Below are positions 1 to 16,586 of a stretch of 64,000 bases of DNA, in pieces. The translations under genes and the position numbers were made by a program. Source of the DNA: the human T2T-CHM13v2.0 reference genome, Homo sapiens. The stretch lies in the NCBI RefSeq assembly GCF_009914755.1, contig NC_060932.1; one strand, written 5' to 3'. Below the pieces are notes generated by a model. The model was not told where the DNA came from, ran no database searches, and was given only the letters and a program-made list of their open reading frames with translations. Positions within the stretch are counted from its first letter, which is position 1; each line of letters starts with the position of its first letter.

Positions 1-44
1 ATTATTTTTGAAAAATGTTTTGCTAGGTATAGAGTTTAGCACTG

Positions 45-760
45 GTTCTTAAGGGGACAATGCTTTCATCAAGGGACACAATAAGATGTCACTGAAATTT
101 CCACCTAGTCATTCTGGTCTTCTTAAGCCTCTGAACCAATAGATTTTCTTTAAAGTTTTAGTCTGTTGGCCGGAGTGATTGATCCCAATTACCAGACAAA
201 ACTGGATTGCTACTATAAAATGGAGACAAAGAGAACTGTAGTATCCAGGGGACCCTTGGTAATGCCCTTTAGCACTTCCATACTAATATTCCACGCCCAA
301 TAGTAAAAGTTATTTTAAAATTACAATAAAATGCAAAATGACTGAGGTCTCACACCATTCAGGAATGAATGCTTAGTAACCTTCCCCAGGTAAAGAGCCT
401 AAAGTAACTGAGGTTCTGAATGAAAGCAAGGAAAATATTTAGGACAAGCACTTGAAGAAGGATGTCACAGATATTAACTACAACCTCATGATCCATTACA
501 GAGATGAGGACTGTATTAGCTTGGCATATTTTCTCTTTGTTATGTGCATCATATGCTTGTTGGTATAACCTAGCCACCTTCCTTTTTCTTCCCATTTTTA
601 TTTCATATAGAAATTATTAGAAGTTAACTTTAACTTTTACCTTTAGGTAACAAAATATTCAATGGGTCTGTGACTGAATTTGAGGAGGAATTAATGTGGT
701 CAGCATTGGATACAATGACTACTGGGACTGTGTTTCTTCTTTTTGGGAAATAGCTACTTA
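45..760 (+). mobile_element. ERVL (HERV-L-like) internal fragment, 3' pol/dUTPase region, degenerate
   Basis: Motifs GGAGTGATTGATCCCAATTACCAG...GGATTGCTACT...CCAGGTAAAGAGCC...GAGGACTGTA resemble the 3' internal region of ERVL elements; no intact ORF; boundaries approximate. Confidence 0.6.
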
Positions 761-849
761 CAGCTTCCTGTTGTCTGTAGAGTTCTCTTCACTTCTTACT
801 AACCAATTCCCCGTTACAATGAATAATTCTTTGTGTTAAATTTTCCTGG

Positions 850-1988
<1,139 letters not shown>

Positions 1989-3561
1989 TGTGTCCGGAAT
2001 TGGTGGGTTCTTAGTCTCACTGACTTCAAGAATGAAGCCGCGGACCCCCACAGTGAGTGTCACAGTTCTCAAAGGCGGTGTGTCCAGAGTTTGTTCCTTC
2101 TGATGTTCAGATGTGTTCGCAGTTTCTTTCTTCTGGTGGGTTCGTGGTCTCACTGGCTCAAGAGTGAAGCTGCAGATCTTAGCGGTGAGTGTTACAGCTC
2201 TTAAGGTGGCATGTCTGGAGTTGATCGTTCCTCCCAGGTGGTTGGTGGTCTCGCTGGCTTCAGGAGTGAAGCTGCAGACCTTTGCAGTGAGTGTTACAGC
2301 TCATAAAAGCAGTGTGGACCCAAAGAGTGAACAGCAGCAAGCTTTATTGCAAAGAGCGAAACAACAAAGATTCCACAGTGTGGAAACGTACCCAAGAGAG
2401 TTGCCACTGCTGGCTCGGGCAGCCTGCTTTTATTCTCTTATCTGGCCCCACCCACATCCTGCTGATTGGTCCATTTTACAGAGAGCCGATTGGTCTGTTT
2501 TACAGAGAGCTGATTGGTCCGTTTTGACAGGGTGCTGATTGGTGCATTTATAATCCCTGAGCTAGACACAAAAGTTCTCCATGTCCCCACTAGATTAGCT
2601 AGATACAGAGTGTCAATTGGTGTATTTATAAACCCGAAGCTAGACACAGAGTGCTGATTGGTGCATTTACAAATCTTGAGCTAGACACAGAGTGCCGATT
2701 GGTGCATTCACAATCCCTTAGCTAGACATAAAGATTCTCCAAGTCCCCAGCAGATTAACTAGATACAGAGTGCTGATTGGTGCATTCACAAACGCTGAGC
2801 TACACACAGGGTGCTGATTGGTGTGTTTACAAACCTTGAGCTAGATACAGAGTGCCAATTGGTGTATTTACAGTCCCTTAGCTAGACATAAAGATTCTCC
2901 AAGTCCCCACCAGACTCAGGCGCCCAGCTGGCTTCACCCAGTGGATCCCACACCAGGGCCAGAGGTGGAGCTGCCTTCCAGTCCCAGGCCATGCGCCCGC
3001 ACTCCTCAGCCCTTGGGTGGTCAATGGGACTGGACACCGTGGAGCAGGAGGCGGCACTTGTCGGGGAGGCTCGGGCTGCGCAGGAGCCCAAGGGGGGGGA
3101 CAGGGTGGGAGGGTAAGGGAGATCAGGGAGGAGGGGACAGAGGAGGGGGGAAGGGGGGTGCGGGGGAGGGCAGGGGTACACGGGGGGCTGCTAAGGCCTG
3201 GTGAGAAATCAAGCTCAGCTGCTGCTGGCCCAGGTGCTAAGCCCCTCACTGCCCGGGGCTTGCCGCCACCTGGCTGCTCTGAGTGCTGGCCCGCAGAGCC
3301 CACGCCCACCCGGAACTCGCACTGGCCTGCAAGCGCCCCATGCAGCCCCAGTTCCCGCGTGCACCTCTCCCTCCACACCTCCCCACAAGCTGAGGGAGCC
3401 AGCTCCAGCCTTGGCCAGCCCAGAAAGGGGCTCCCACAGTGCAGCGGTGGGCTGAAGGGCTCCTCAAGCATGGCAAGAGTGGGCGCCAAGGCCGAGGAGG
3501 TGCCGAGAGCCAGCCAGGGCTGCGAGGACTGCGAGGGCTGCCAGCACGCTGTCACATTTCA
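1989..3561 (-). mobile_element. Solo ERV9 LTR (LTR12C-like), ~1.57 kb
   Basis: Termini TGTGTCCGGAATTGGTGGG (reverse complement of LTR12 3' end) and GCACGCTGTCACATTTCA (reverse complement of 5' end); GCTGATTGGT tandem repeats; 4-bp flanks TTAT/CTAT (one mismatch). Confidence 0.92.
2428..2870 (-). promoter_or_regulatory. LTR12 U3 promoter/enhancer: array of ~10 CCAAT (NF-Y) boxes and AATAAA TATA-like box, pointing leftward
   Basis: ATTGG repeated about 10 times between 2465 and 2862 in 24-41-bp units; TTTATT at ~2428-2433; matches the known ERV9 U3 layout. Confidence 0.75.
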
Positions 3562-3930
3562 CTATGTGAGTTCTGGGAATTGTTTGGCTTGCTACTTTGT
3601 AGTAGTGTTTCCCCTAGCCTGAAAAGGTTTATCCCCTGTGTGTGCAGATGAATATTTAGCCAAAGACTAAAAGGGGACCATCTGCAGATATCTAGAACTT
3701 TCTGTCTCTGCAACTGTCTGTCCCTCCCCTCTGGTACTCTGGCCACAAATAGTGACTGCTTCTGCCTCCCCAAGCTACAACTTCTGTCTCTACAAGTCAC
3801 AAACCCACTGACTCCATTTGGATTCTCCCTGTGCAGCAAAGTGGAAACTGCCTCTCAGTGGTAAACTGGGGCAATTATACTGCCCACTCCATTGTTTTGT
3901 TTCTCTCAGAGATCACATTCCCTAGGTTTT
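3562..3930 (-). mobile_element. Continuation of the ancient L1M fragment split by the LTR12
   Basis: CCAAAGACT.AAAGGGGACC.TCTGCAGAT.TCT and CTCTGGTACTCTG motifs typical of old L1M 5' regions. Confidence 0.5.
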
Positions 3931-5476
3931 CTAGGTTTTATGGAAGGAAAGCCATTTCCAAAGCATTTCTTCCTTTGTTGGCAGAAGTGGAAGTATTGCA
4001 ATATCTTTTTCTAATGTTTTCTTAGTAATTAATAGTGCAAGTGTTCTCTATGTTTAAAACTATTTAAACAGCATATACCAACAAGTATTTCTTTCCAAGA
4101 CTGTAATAGCCACAAATAATTGTTTTCATTTTAGCAAAGCATCTCTTCAAGAGATATTAACAGTACACTGTTATTTGTGCAAATGTATTCTTTGGAATTA
4201 ATATGTCTGACTTTCTTTTCAAATATCCTAGTAGAAGGCTTTGTGTTCGTTCACCCAACCACTGCCTTTCTAAATAGCATTAACTTTTATGTCTGAAACT
4301 TCAATCAGTGTATTTGCTACCTGTTGAAGTTCTGGAAGGAAAAAGAGATAGAAAAAAGGAAATTGATGTTTGACTGTGGCAAAATGTGAGGATTTCCCTG
4401 CAGATTTCATATGTGTATAATAATAGCTAACTTTACTGATAGGAACATAGGGGTACTTGGCCAAAGTCTCATAACTAATGAGAGGCCATTGTGATTCTGA
4501 CTGCAAGTTCAAATCCTTCAAGCCACTATACTGCCTATACTGACCACCCTAAATGTCATTGCAATGACATTTAGCACCTACAACAGGAATAGAAAAGTAA
4601 ATTCTTTGTTTTCACTGCCTCACCTACTTCATTGACTGATGATCGACCCTCAGAGTCATACAATGGGGAGAGCAGCTCACATGCACTGAAATACCATCTT
4701 GCTACTGGTGAGATCTGTGTGGACTCATGCATAACTCAGTTTCCTCTTCACACACTAGATATAGACAGAGCACTGAAATTTAAAAGTTAAGTAGAGATAC
4801 AAATATAAATACCTTGCTTATTTGTGTCTGAGAGTTTTAATCCAATCAAATTCTATGACAAAAACTGAGGCATCCAAGGCTTTCTCCCCCCTCCCTACCC
4901 TGTCACTCGTCACTATTACCCCTTTTGCTCCTTCAAATATTTGCTTAACTACCTGGCTACCATCATAAAATATTCAATGAGAGGTCTGACACATGGTGGA
5001 ATGAATGTGTGTTGTATGCAGTAGGCTGCCTGCTGTCCCCATTTAGGAAGTAATTAGGAAATCTTATCTGCCATGGTCTGGATGGTCAGGTGTTAAAGAT
5101 TAGCAATTCTGTTTCCAAATGACAATACATTACTTGTCACTTCTTGAATCAAAGTCATTCATATCAGCCTGATAGTTGACATTTTAAAGAATAGATCTTT
5201 CTCTGTGATTTTTTCCATCAGATTTATTTCTGCTATTTTTGAGGAAAGCGTCACAGGAAAGCAATATGTATGTGTATCTTCTGAATAACCATTCCGGTGA
5301 AGGCTGTAATGGAATGGGATGTGAGCTATGAGTAGACCCATTGTGGGAGGGGTTGGGGGACACATGGAAGAGTAGGGGGAATTGAGGGGAAAGACCGCAA
5401 AAGAAACTTTGAAAACTTAGCAAAACAAAACACCATCAATGCCAAAACACTGAAGAGAATTTTAGCATCAATATAA

Positions 5477-5689
<213 letters not shown>

Positions 5690-5861
5690 TAAAATTTTAA
5701 CATTGTGTCATAATCTTTCCTATAATACAAAATTTTGAAATACTGTATATGGTAGGAAAATTTTCATACAAGGGCAAAGATGTATATCATGACATGTTTG
5801 GATGGAGGCAATGTAAATGACCTCAATTAAGGAATAAACAAATTGTGGCAATAAAATACTG

Positions 5862-8800
5862 AGATTCTCTGAAGGAAGCAGACTGCTCCTACAGGACCCA
5901 GGAGGCACCCCCAAAACTGTGAGTGCCCCAACTGAGGAAGTGGGAAAGGGAGACCCTCCTTTCCCGAACACACACCCCCACTGGAGAAGCTGAAGGTCTG
6001 TTTGTGGGAGAAGTTTCCGACTTTACCTGGAGCTGAGTCAATTTGGAGAGCTGAGCTAAATACAGGGGTAAAGAAAGCAGCAGAAAGCTCGCTGGGAGCT
6101 CACTGGGTCCCCTAGCAGACCATTCCTGCTTGGTACCACACAGATCTAAGAGGAGAGGAGCTGGGGGTGAAACTCCACAGTAAGAAGGAAATCTATAGCT
6201 GAACACTGTAACAATTTGAACAGGTTAAGAAGCCTCCTAGCCAGAACTCCACAGACTCCATAGGCGGGGGAAGAACCAAGCCCTTTTCTTTCACAGCTGG
6301 GAGGTGGGTAGCCTGGGGCAGGTTTTCAAGGCCATATCACTCTCCACCTGGAAACGGTCTGGGGGCTGTTGGGAGGGGCACAGTGAGAGTGAGACCAGCC
6401 CTTCTGTTTGCATGAGAGCTGGTTGAGGCCTGTGACTGCCAGCTTTCCCCCACTTCCCTGCATGACCCAGCAGAGGCAGCCATAATCCTCCTAGGTACAC
6501 AACTCCAGTGGCCTGGGAATCTCACTCCCATCCCCCACAGCAGCCACAGCAGGACCCGCCCAAGAAGCGCTCAGACACATCTAGCCCCACCCCCACCTGA
6601 TGGTCCTTCCCTATCCACCCTGGTAGCAGAAGAAAAAGGGCATATAATCCTGGGAGTTCTAGGGCCCCGCCCACCACCAGTTCCTCCCTAAGCTAACACA
6701 ACTGATGCTTTCTGGAAAGCGTCACCTCCTGGCAGGAGGCCAGCCAGCACCAGCACAAAAACAGAATATTAAACCACCAAACCAACAAAGCTAAGTACCT
6801 TCATGGAGTCCATTGCCCTCCCCCCACCACCCCCATCACCTCCACCAGAACAAGTGCTGGTATCCATGACTGAGAGACCCATAGATGGTTCACATCACAA
6901 GACTCTGTGCAGACAACCCCCAGTACCAGCCCAGAGCCGGGTAGACTTGCTGGGTGGCTAGACCCAGAAGAGAGACAACAATCACTACAGTTCGGCTCAC
7001 AAGAAGCCACATCCATAGGAAAAGGGGGAGAGTACTATATAAGAGGGAACACTCCGTGGGAAAAAATAATCTGAACAACAGCCTTCAACCCTAGACCTTC
7101 CCTCTGACAGAGCCTACCCAAATGAGAAGGACCCAGAAAATCAACCCTAGTAATAGGCTAAAACAAGGCTCTTCAGTACCCCCCAAAAATCACACGAGTT
7201 CACCAGCAATAGATCCAAACCAAGAAGAAATCCCCAATTTACCTGAAAAAGAATTCAGGAGGTTAGTTATTAAGCTAATCAGGGAGGGACCAGAGAAAGG
7301 AGATGCCCAATGCAAGGAAATCCAAAATATTATACAGGAAGTGATGGGAGAAATATTAAAGGAAATAGATAGCTTAAAGAAAAAACAATAATTCAGGAAA
7401 CTTTGGACACACTTTTAGAAATGCAAATGCTCTGGAAAGTCTCAGCAATAGGATTGAACAAGTAGAAGAAAGAAATTCAGAGCTCAAAGACAAGGTCTTC
7501 AACCCAATCCAACAAAGACAAAGAAAAAAGAATAAGAAAATATGAACAAAGCCTCCAAGAAGTCTGGGATTATGTTAAATGACCAAGCCTAAAAATAATC
7601 GGTGTTCCCGAGGAAGGAGCAAATTCTAAAAGTTTAGAAATCATATTTGGACGAATGATCAAGGAAAACTTCCTGGCCTTGCTAGAGACCTAGACATGCA
7701 AATACAAATACAAGAAGCACAAAGAACACCCAGGAAATTCATCACAAACCACGTCATCAACCACATTGTCATCAGATTATCCAAAGTTAAGACAAAGGAA
7801 AGGATCTTAAGAGCTGTGAGACAGAAACACCAGGAAACATGTAAAGGAAAACCTATCAGATTAATAACAGATTTCTCAGCAGAAACCCTACAAGCTAGAA
7901 GGGATTGGTGTCTTATCTTCAGGCTTCTCAAACAAAACAATTTATTAGCCAAGAATTTTGTATCCAGAAAAACAAAGCATCATATATGAAGGGAAGATAC
8001 AGTCTTTTTCAGACAAACAAATGCTGAGAGAATTTGCCATTACCAAACCACCACTATAAGAACTGCTAAAAGGAACTCTAAATCTTGAAACAAATCCTGG
8101 AAACATGTCAAAACAGAACGTCTTTAAAGTATAAATCACACAGGAGCCAAAAAACAAAAATACAAGTTAAAAAGCAAAAACAAAAAACAGAACCAAACTA
8201 CCCAGGCAACAAAGAGCACAATGAAAGCAATAGTACCTCACATTTCAATACTAACATTGAATGTAAATGGCCTGAATGCTCCACTTAAAAGATACAGAAT
8301 CACAGAATGGATAAGAACTCACCAACCAACTATCTTCTGCCTTCAGGAGACTCACCTAGAACATAAGGACTCACATAAACTTAAAGTAAAGGTGTGGGAA
8401 AAGGCATTCATGCAAATGGACACCAAAAGCAAGCAGGGGTAGCTATTCTTATATCAAACAAAACAAACTTTGAAGCAAAAGCAGTTAAAAGAGACAAAGA
8501 GGGACAGTATATAATGGTAAAAGCCTTGTCCAACAGGAAAATATCACAATTCCAAACATATATGCACCTAACACTGGAGCTCCCAAATTTATAAAACAAT
8601 TACTAGTAGACCTAAGAAATGAGATAGATAGCAACACACTAATAGTGGGGGACTTCAATATTCCACTGACAGCACTAGACAAGTCATCAAGACAGGAAGT
8701 CATCAAGACAGGAAGTCATCAAGACAGGAAGTCAACAAAGATTCAATGGATTTAAAATATACCTTGGAACAAATGGACTTAACAGATACATACAGAACAT

Positions 8801-10413
8801 TTCACCCAACAACTGCAGAATACACATTCTGTTCAACAGCATATCTCCAAGAAATGGAGATATGATAAGCCATATGATAAGCCATAAAACACACAATAAA
8901 TTTAAGAAAATTGAAATTATGTCAAGCACTCTCTCAGACCACAGTGGAATAAAATTGGAAATCAACTCCAAAAAGAACCTTCAAAACCATGCAAATACAT
9001 GGAAATTAAATAACCTGCCCCTGAATGAGCTCTGGGTCAAAAATGAAATCAAGATGGAAATTTAAAAATTCTTCGAACTTGATGACAACAGTAACACAAC
9101 CTATCACAAACCTCTGGGATAAAGCAAACGCAGTGCTAAGAGGAAAGTTTATTGCCCTAAATGCCTATATCAAAAAGACTGAAAGAGCACAAACTGACAT
9201 TCTAAGGTCACACGTCAAGGAACTAGAGAAATAAGAACAAACCAAACCCAAACCCAGCAGAAAAAAGGAAAGAATCAAGATCAGAGCAGAACTAAATGAA
9301 ATTGAAATAAACAAACAAAAAATACAAAAGACAAATGAAACAAAAAGCTGGTTCTTTGAAAAGATACAGTTGATAGACCATTGGCAAGATTGACCAAGAA
9401 AAGATGAGCGAAAATCCAAATAACCTCACTAAGAAACAAAACAGGAGATATTACAATTGACACCACTAAAATACAAAAGATCATTCAAGGCTACTATGAA
9501 AACCTTTACACACACAAACTAGAAAACCTAGCAGAGATTGATAAATTCCTGGAAAAATACAACCCTCCTAGCTTAAATCAGGAAGAATTAGATACCCTGA
9601 ACAGGCCAGTAACAAGCAGTGAGATTGAAATGGTAATTAAAAAATTACCAACCAAAAAAGTCCAGGACCAGGCAGATTCACAGCAGAATTCTACCAGACA
9701 TTCAAAGAACTGGTACCAATCCTTTTGACACTGTTCCACAAGATAGAGAAATAACCCTCCCTAATTCATTCTACGAAGCCAGCATCACCCTAATACCAAA
9801 ACCAGGAAAGGACGTAACCAGAAAATAAAATTACAGACTGATGTCCTTGATGAATATAGATGCTAAAATCCTTAACAAAATACTAGCTAACCAAATCCAA
9901 CAACATATCAAAAAGATAATCCACCATGATCAAGTGGGTTTCATACCAGGGATGCAGGGATGGTTTAACACAGGCAAGTCAATAAATGTGATACACCACA
10001 TAAACAGAATGAAAAACAAAAGTCACATGATCATTTCAATAGATGCAGAAAAAGCACTCAACAAAATCCAGCATCGCTTTATGATTAAAACTCTCACAAA
10101 ATCAGCCTACAAGGGACATACCTTAATGTAATAAAAGCCATCTATGACGAACCCATAGCCAACATAATACTGAATGGGGAAAAGTTGAAAGCAGTCCCTC
10201 TGAGAACTGGAATGAGACAAAGATGCCCATTCTTCGTCACCATAGTACTGGAAGTCCCAGTGAGAGCAATCAGACAAGAGAAAGAAATAAAGGGCATCCA
10301 AATTGGTAAAAAAGAAGTCAAATTGTCACTGTTTGCTGATGATATGATTGTTTACCTTAAAAACCCTAAGGAGTCCCCAAGAAAGCTCCTAGAAGTGATA
10401 AAAGAATTCAACA
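5862..10413 (+). mobile_element. L1PB-type LINE (L1PB1/L1PBa-like), 5' part: 5'UTR, broken ORF1 (~7122-8130), ORF2 EN to RT (from 8221)
   Basis: ORF fragments [53 protein letters not shown]; TSD AATAAAATACTG at 5850-5861 and 18500-18511. Confidence 0.9.
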
Positions 10414-11450
10414 GGAGGAAGCAGCCAAGATGGCTGAATACGAACAGCTCTGGTCTACAGCTCCCAGCAAGAGTGATGCAGAAGACAGGTGACTTCTGCA
10501 TTTCCATCTGAGGTACTGGGTTCATCTCACTAGGGAGTGCCAGACAGTGGGTGCAGGACAGTGGGTGCAGCAGACTGTGCACAAGCCGAAGCAGGGCGAG
10601 GCATTGCCTCACTTGGGAAGCACAAGGGGTCAGGGAGTTCCCTTTCCTAGTCAAAGAAAGGGGTGACAGACGGCACCTGGAAAATCAGCTCACTCCCCGC
10701 CTAATACTGTGCTTTTCCAATGGGCTTAAAAAACGTCACACCAGGAGACTATATCCCACACCTGGCTCAGAGGGTCCTACGCCCACGGAGTCTCCCTTAT
10801 TGCTAGCACAGCAGTCTGAGATCAAACTGCAAGGCAGCAGTGAGACTGGGGGAGGGGCGCCCGCCATTGCCCAGGCTTGCTTAGGTAAACAAAGCAGCCA
10901 GGAAGCTCAAACTGGGTGGAGCCCACCACAGCTCAAGGAGGCCTGCCTGCCTCTGTAGGCTCCACCTCTGGGGGCAGGGCACAGACAAACAAAAAGACAG
11001 CAGTAACCTCTGCAGACTTAAATGTCCCTGTCTGACAGCTTTGAAGAGAGCAATGGTTCTCCCAGCACACAGCTGGAGATCTGAGAACGGGCAGACTGCC
11101 TCCTCAAGTGGGTCCCTGACCCCTGACTCCCGAGCAGCCTAACTGGGAGGCACCCCCCAGTAGGGGCAGACTGACACCTCACATGGCCGGGTACTCCTCT
11201 GAGACAAAACTTCTAGAGGAAAGATCAGACAGCAGCATTCGCGGTTCATGAAAATCCGCTGTTCTGCAGCCACCGCTGCTGTTACCCAGGCAAACAGGGT
11301 CTGGAGTGGACCTGTAGCAAACTCCAACAGACCTGCAGCTGAAGGTCCTGTCTGTTAGAAGGAAAACTAACAAACAGAAAGGACATCCACACCAAAAACC
11401 CATCTGTACATCACCATCATCAAAGACCAAAAGTAGATAAAACCACAAAG

Positions 11451-12467
11451 ATGCGGAAAAAACAGAGCAGAAAAACTGGAAACTCTAAAAAGCACAGCGC
11501 CTCTCCTCCTCCAAAGGGATGCAGTTCCTCAACAGCAACGGAACAAAGCTGGACGGAGAATGACTTTGACAAGTTCAAAGAAGAAGGCTTCAGACGATCA
11601 AACTACTCTGAGCTACGGGAGGAAATTCAAACCAAAGGCAAAGAAGTTGAAAACTTTGAAAAAAATTTAGAAGAATATATAACTAGAATAACCAATACAG
11701 AGAAGTGCTTAAAGGAGCTGATAGAGCTGAAAGCCAAGGCTTGAGAACTATGTGAAGAATGCAGAAGCCTCAGGAGCCGATGCAATCAACTGGAAGAAAG
11801 GGTATCAGTGATGGAAGATGAAATGAATGAAATGAAGCGAGAAGGGAAGTTTAGAGAAAAAAGAATAAAAAGAAATGAACAAAGCCTCCAAGAAATATGG
11901 GACTATGTGAAAAGACCAAATCTACGTCTGATTGGTGTACCTGAAAGTGACGGGGAGAGTGGAACCAAGTTGGAAAACACTCTGCAGGATATTATCCAGG
12001 AGAACTTCCCCAATCTAGCAAGGCAGGCCAACATTCAGATTCAGGAAATACAGAGAATGCCACAAAGATACTCCTTGAGAAGAGCAACACCAAGACACAT
12101 AATTGTCAGATTCACCAAAGTTGAAATGAAGGAAAAAATGTTAAGGGCAGCCAGAGAGAAAGGTCAGGTTACCCACAAAGGGAAGCCCGTCAGACTAACA
12201 GCGGATCTCTCGGCAGAAACTCTACAAGCCAGAAGATAGTGGGGGGCAATATTCAACATTCTTAAAGAAAAGAATTTTCAACCCAGAATTTCATATCCAG
12301 CCAAACTAAGCTTCAGAAGTGAAGGAGAAATAAAATCCTTTACAGACAAGCAAATGCTGAGAGATTTTGTCACCACCAGGCCTGCCCTAAAAGAGCTCCT
12401 GAAGGAAGCACTAAACATGGAAAGGAACAATCGGTACCAGCCACTGCAAAATCATGCCAAATTGTAA
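11451..12467 (+). pseudogene. L1 ORF1p (RNA-binding chaperone), disrupted
   Basis: Starts MRKKQSRKTGNSK and spans the canonical 1017 nt to TAA 12465-12467; in-frame stops at 11742-11744 and 12237-12239. Confidence 0.93.
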
Positions 12468-12515
12468 AGACCGTCGAGGCTAGGAAGAAACTGCATCAAC
12501 TAGCGAGCAAAGTAA

Positions 12516-16461
<3,946 letters not shown>

Positions 16462-16586
16462 TGACTAGTTAATGGGTGCAGCACACCAGCATGGCACATG
16501 TATACATATGTAACTAACCTGCACATTGTGCACATGTACCCTAAAACTTAAAGTATAATAATAATAAAATTAAATTAAATTAAAAA

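Noticed and set aside
2460-2900. Regularly spaced repeats resembling a CRISPR array
   Set aside because: These are ERV9 LTR tandem CCAAT units with non-unique spacers in a eukaryotic context; no cas genes
2878-3622. Overlapping 200+ aa GC-rich ORFs on both strands
   Set aside because: They lie within the GC-rich LTR12 U3 and G tract; low-complexity, stop-poor sequence with no domain
10185-10511. Novel fusion ORF (RT motif plus an unrelated tail)
   Set aside because: Accidental read-through across the L1PB/L1PA3 insertion junction
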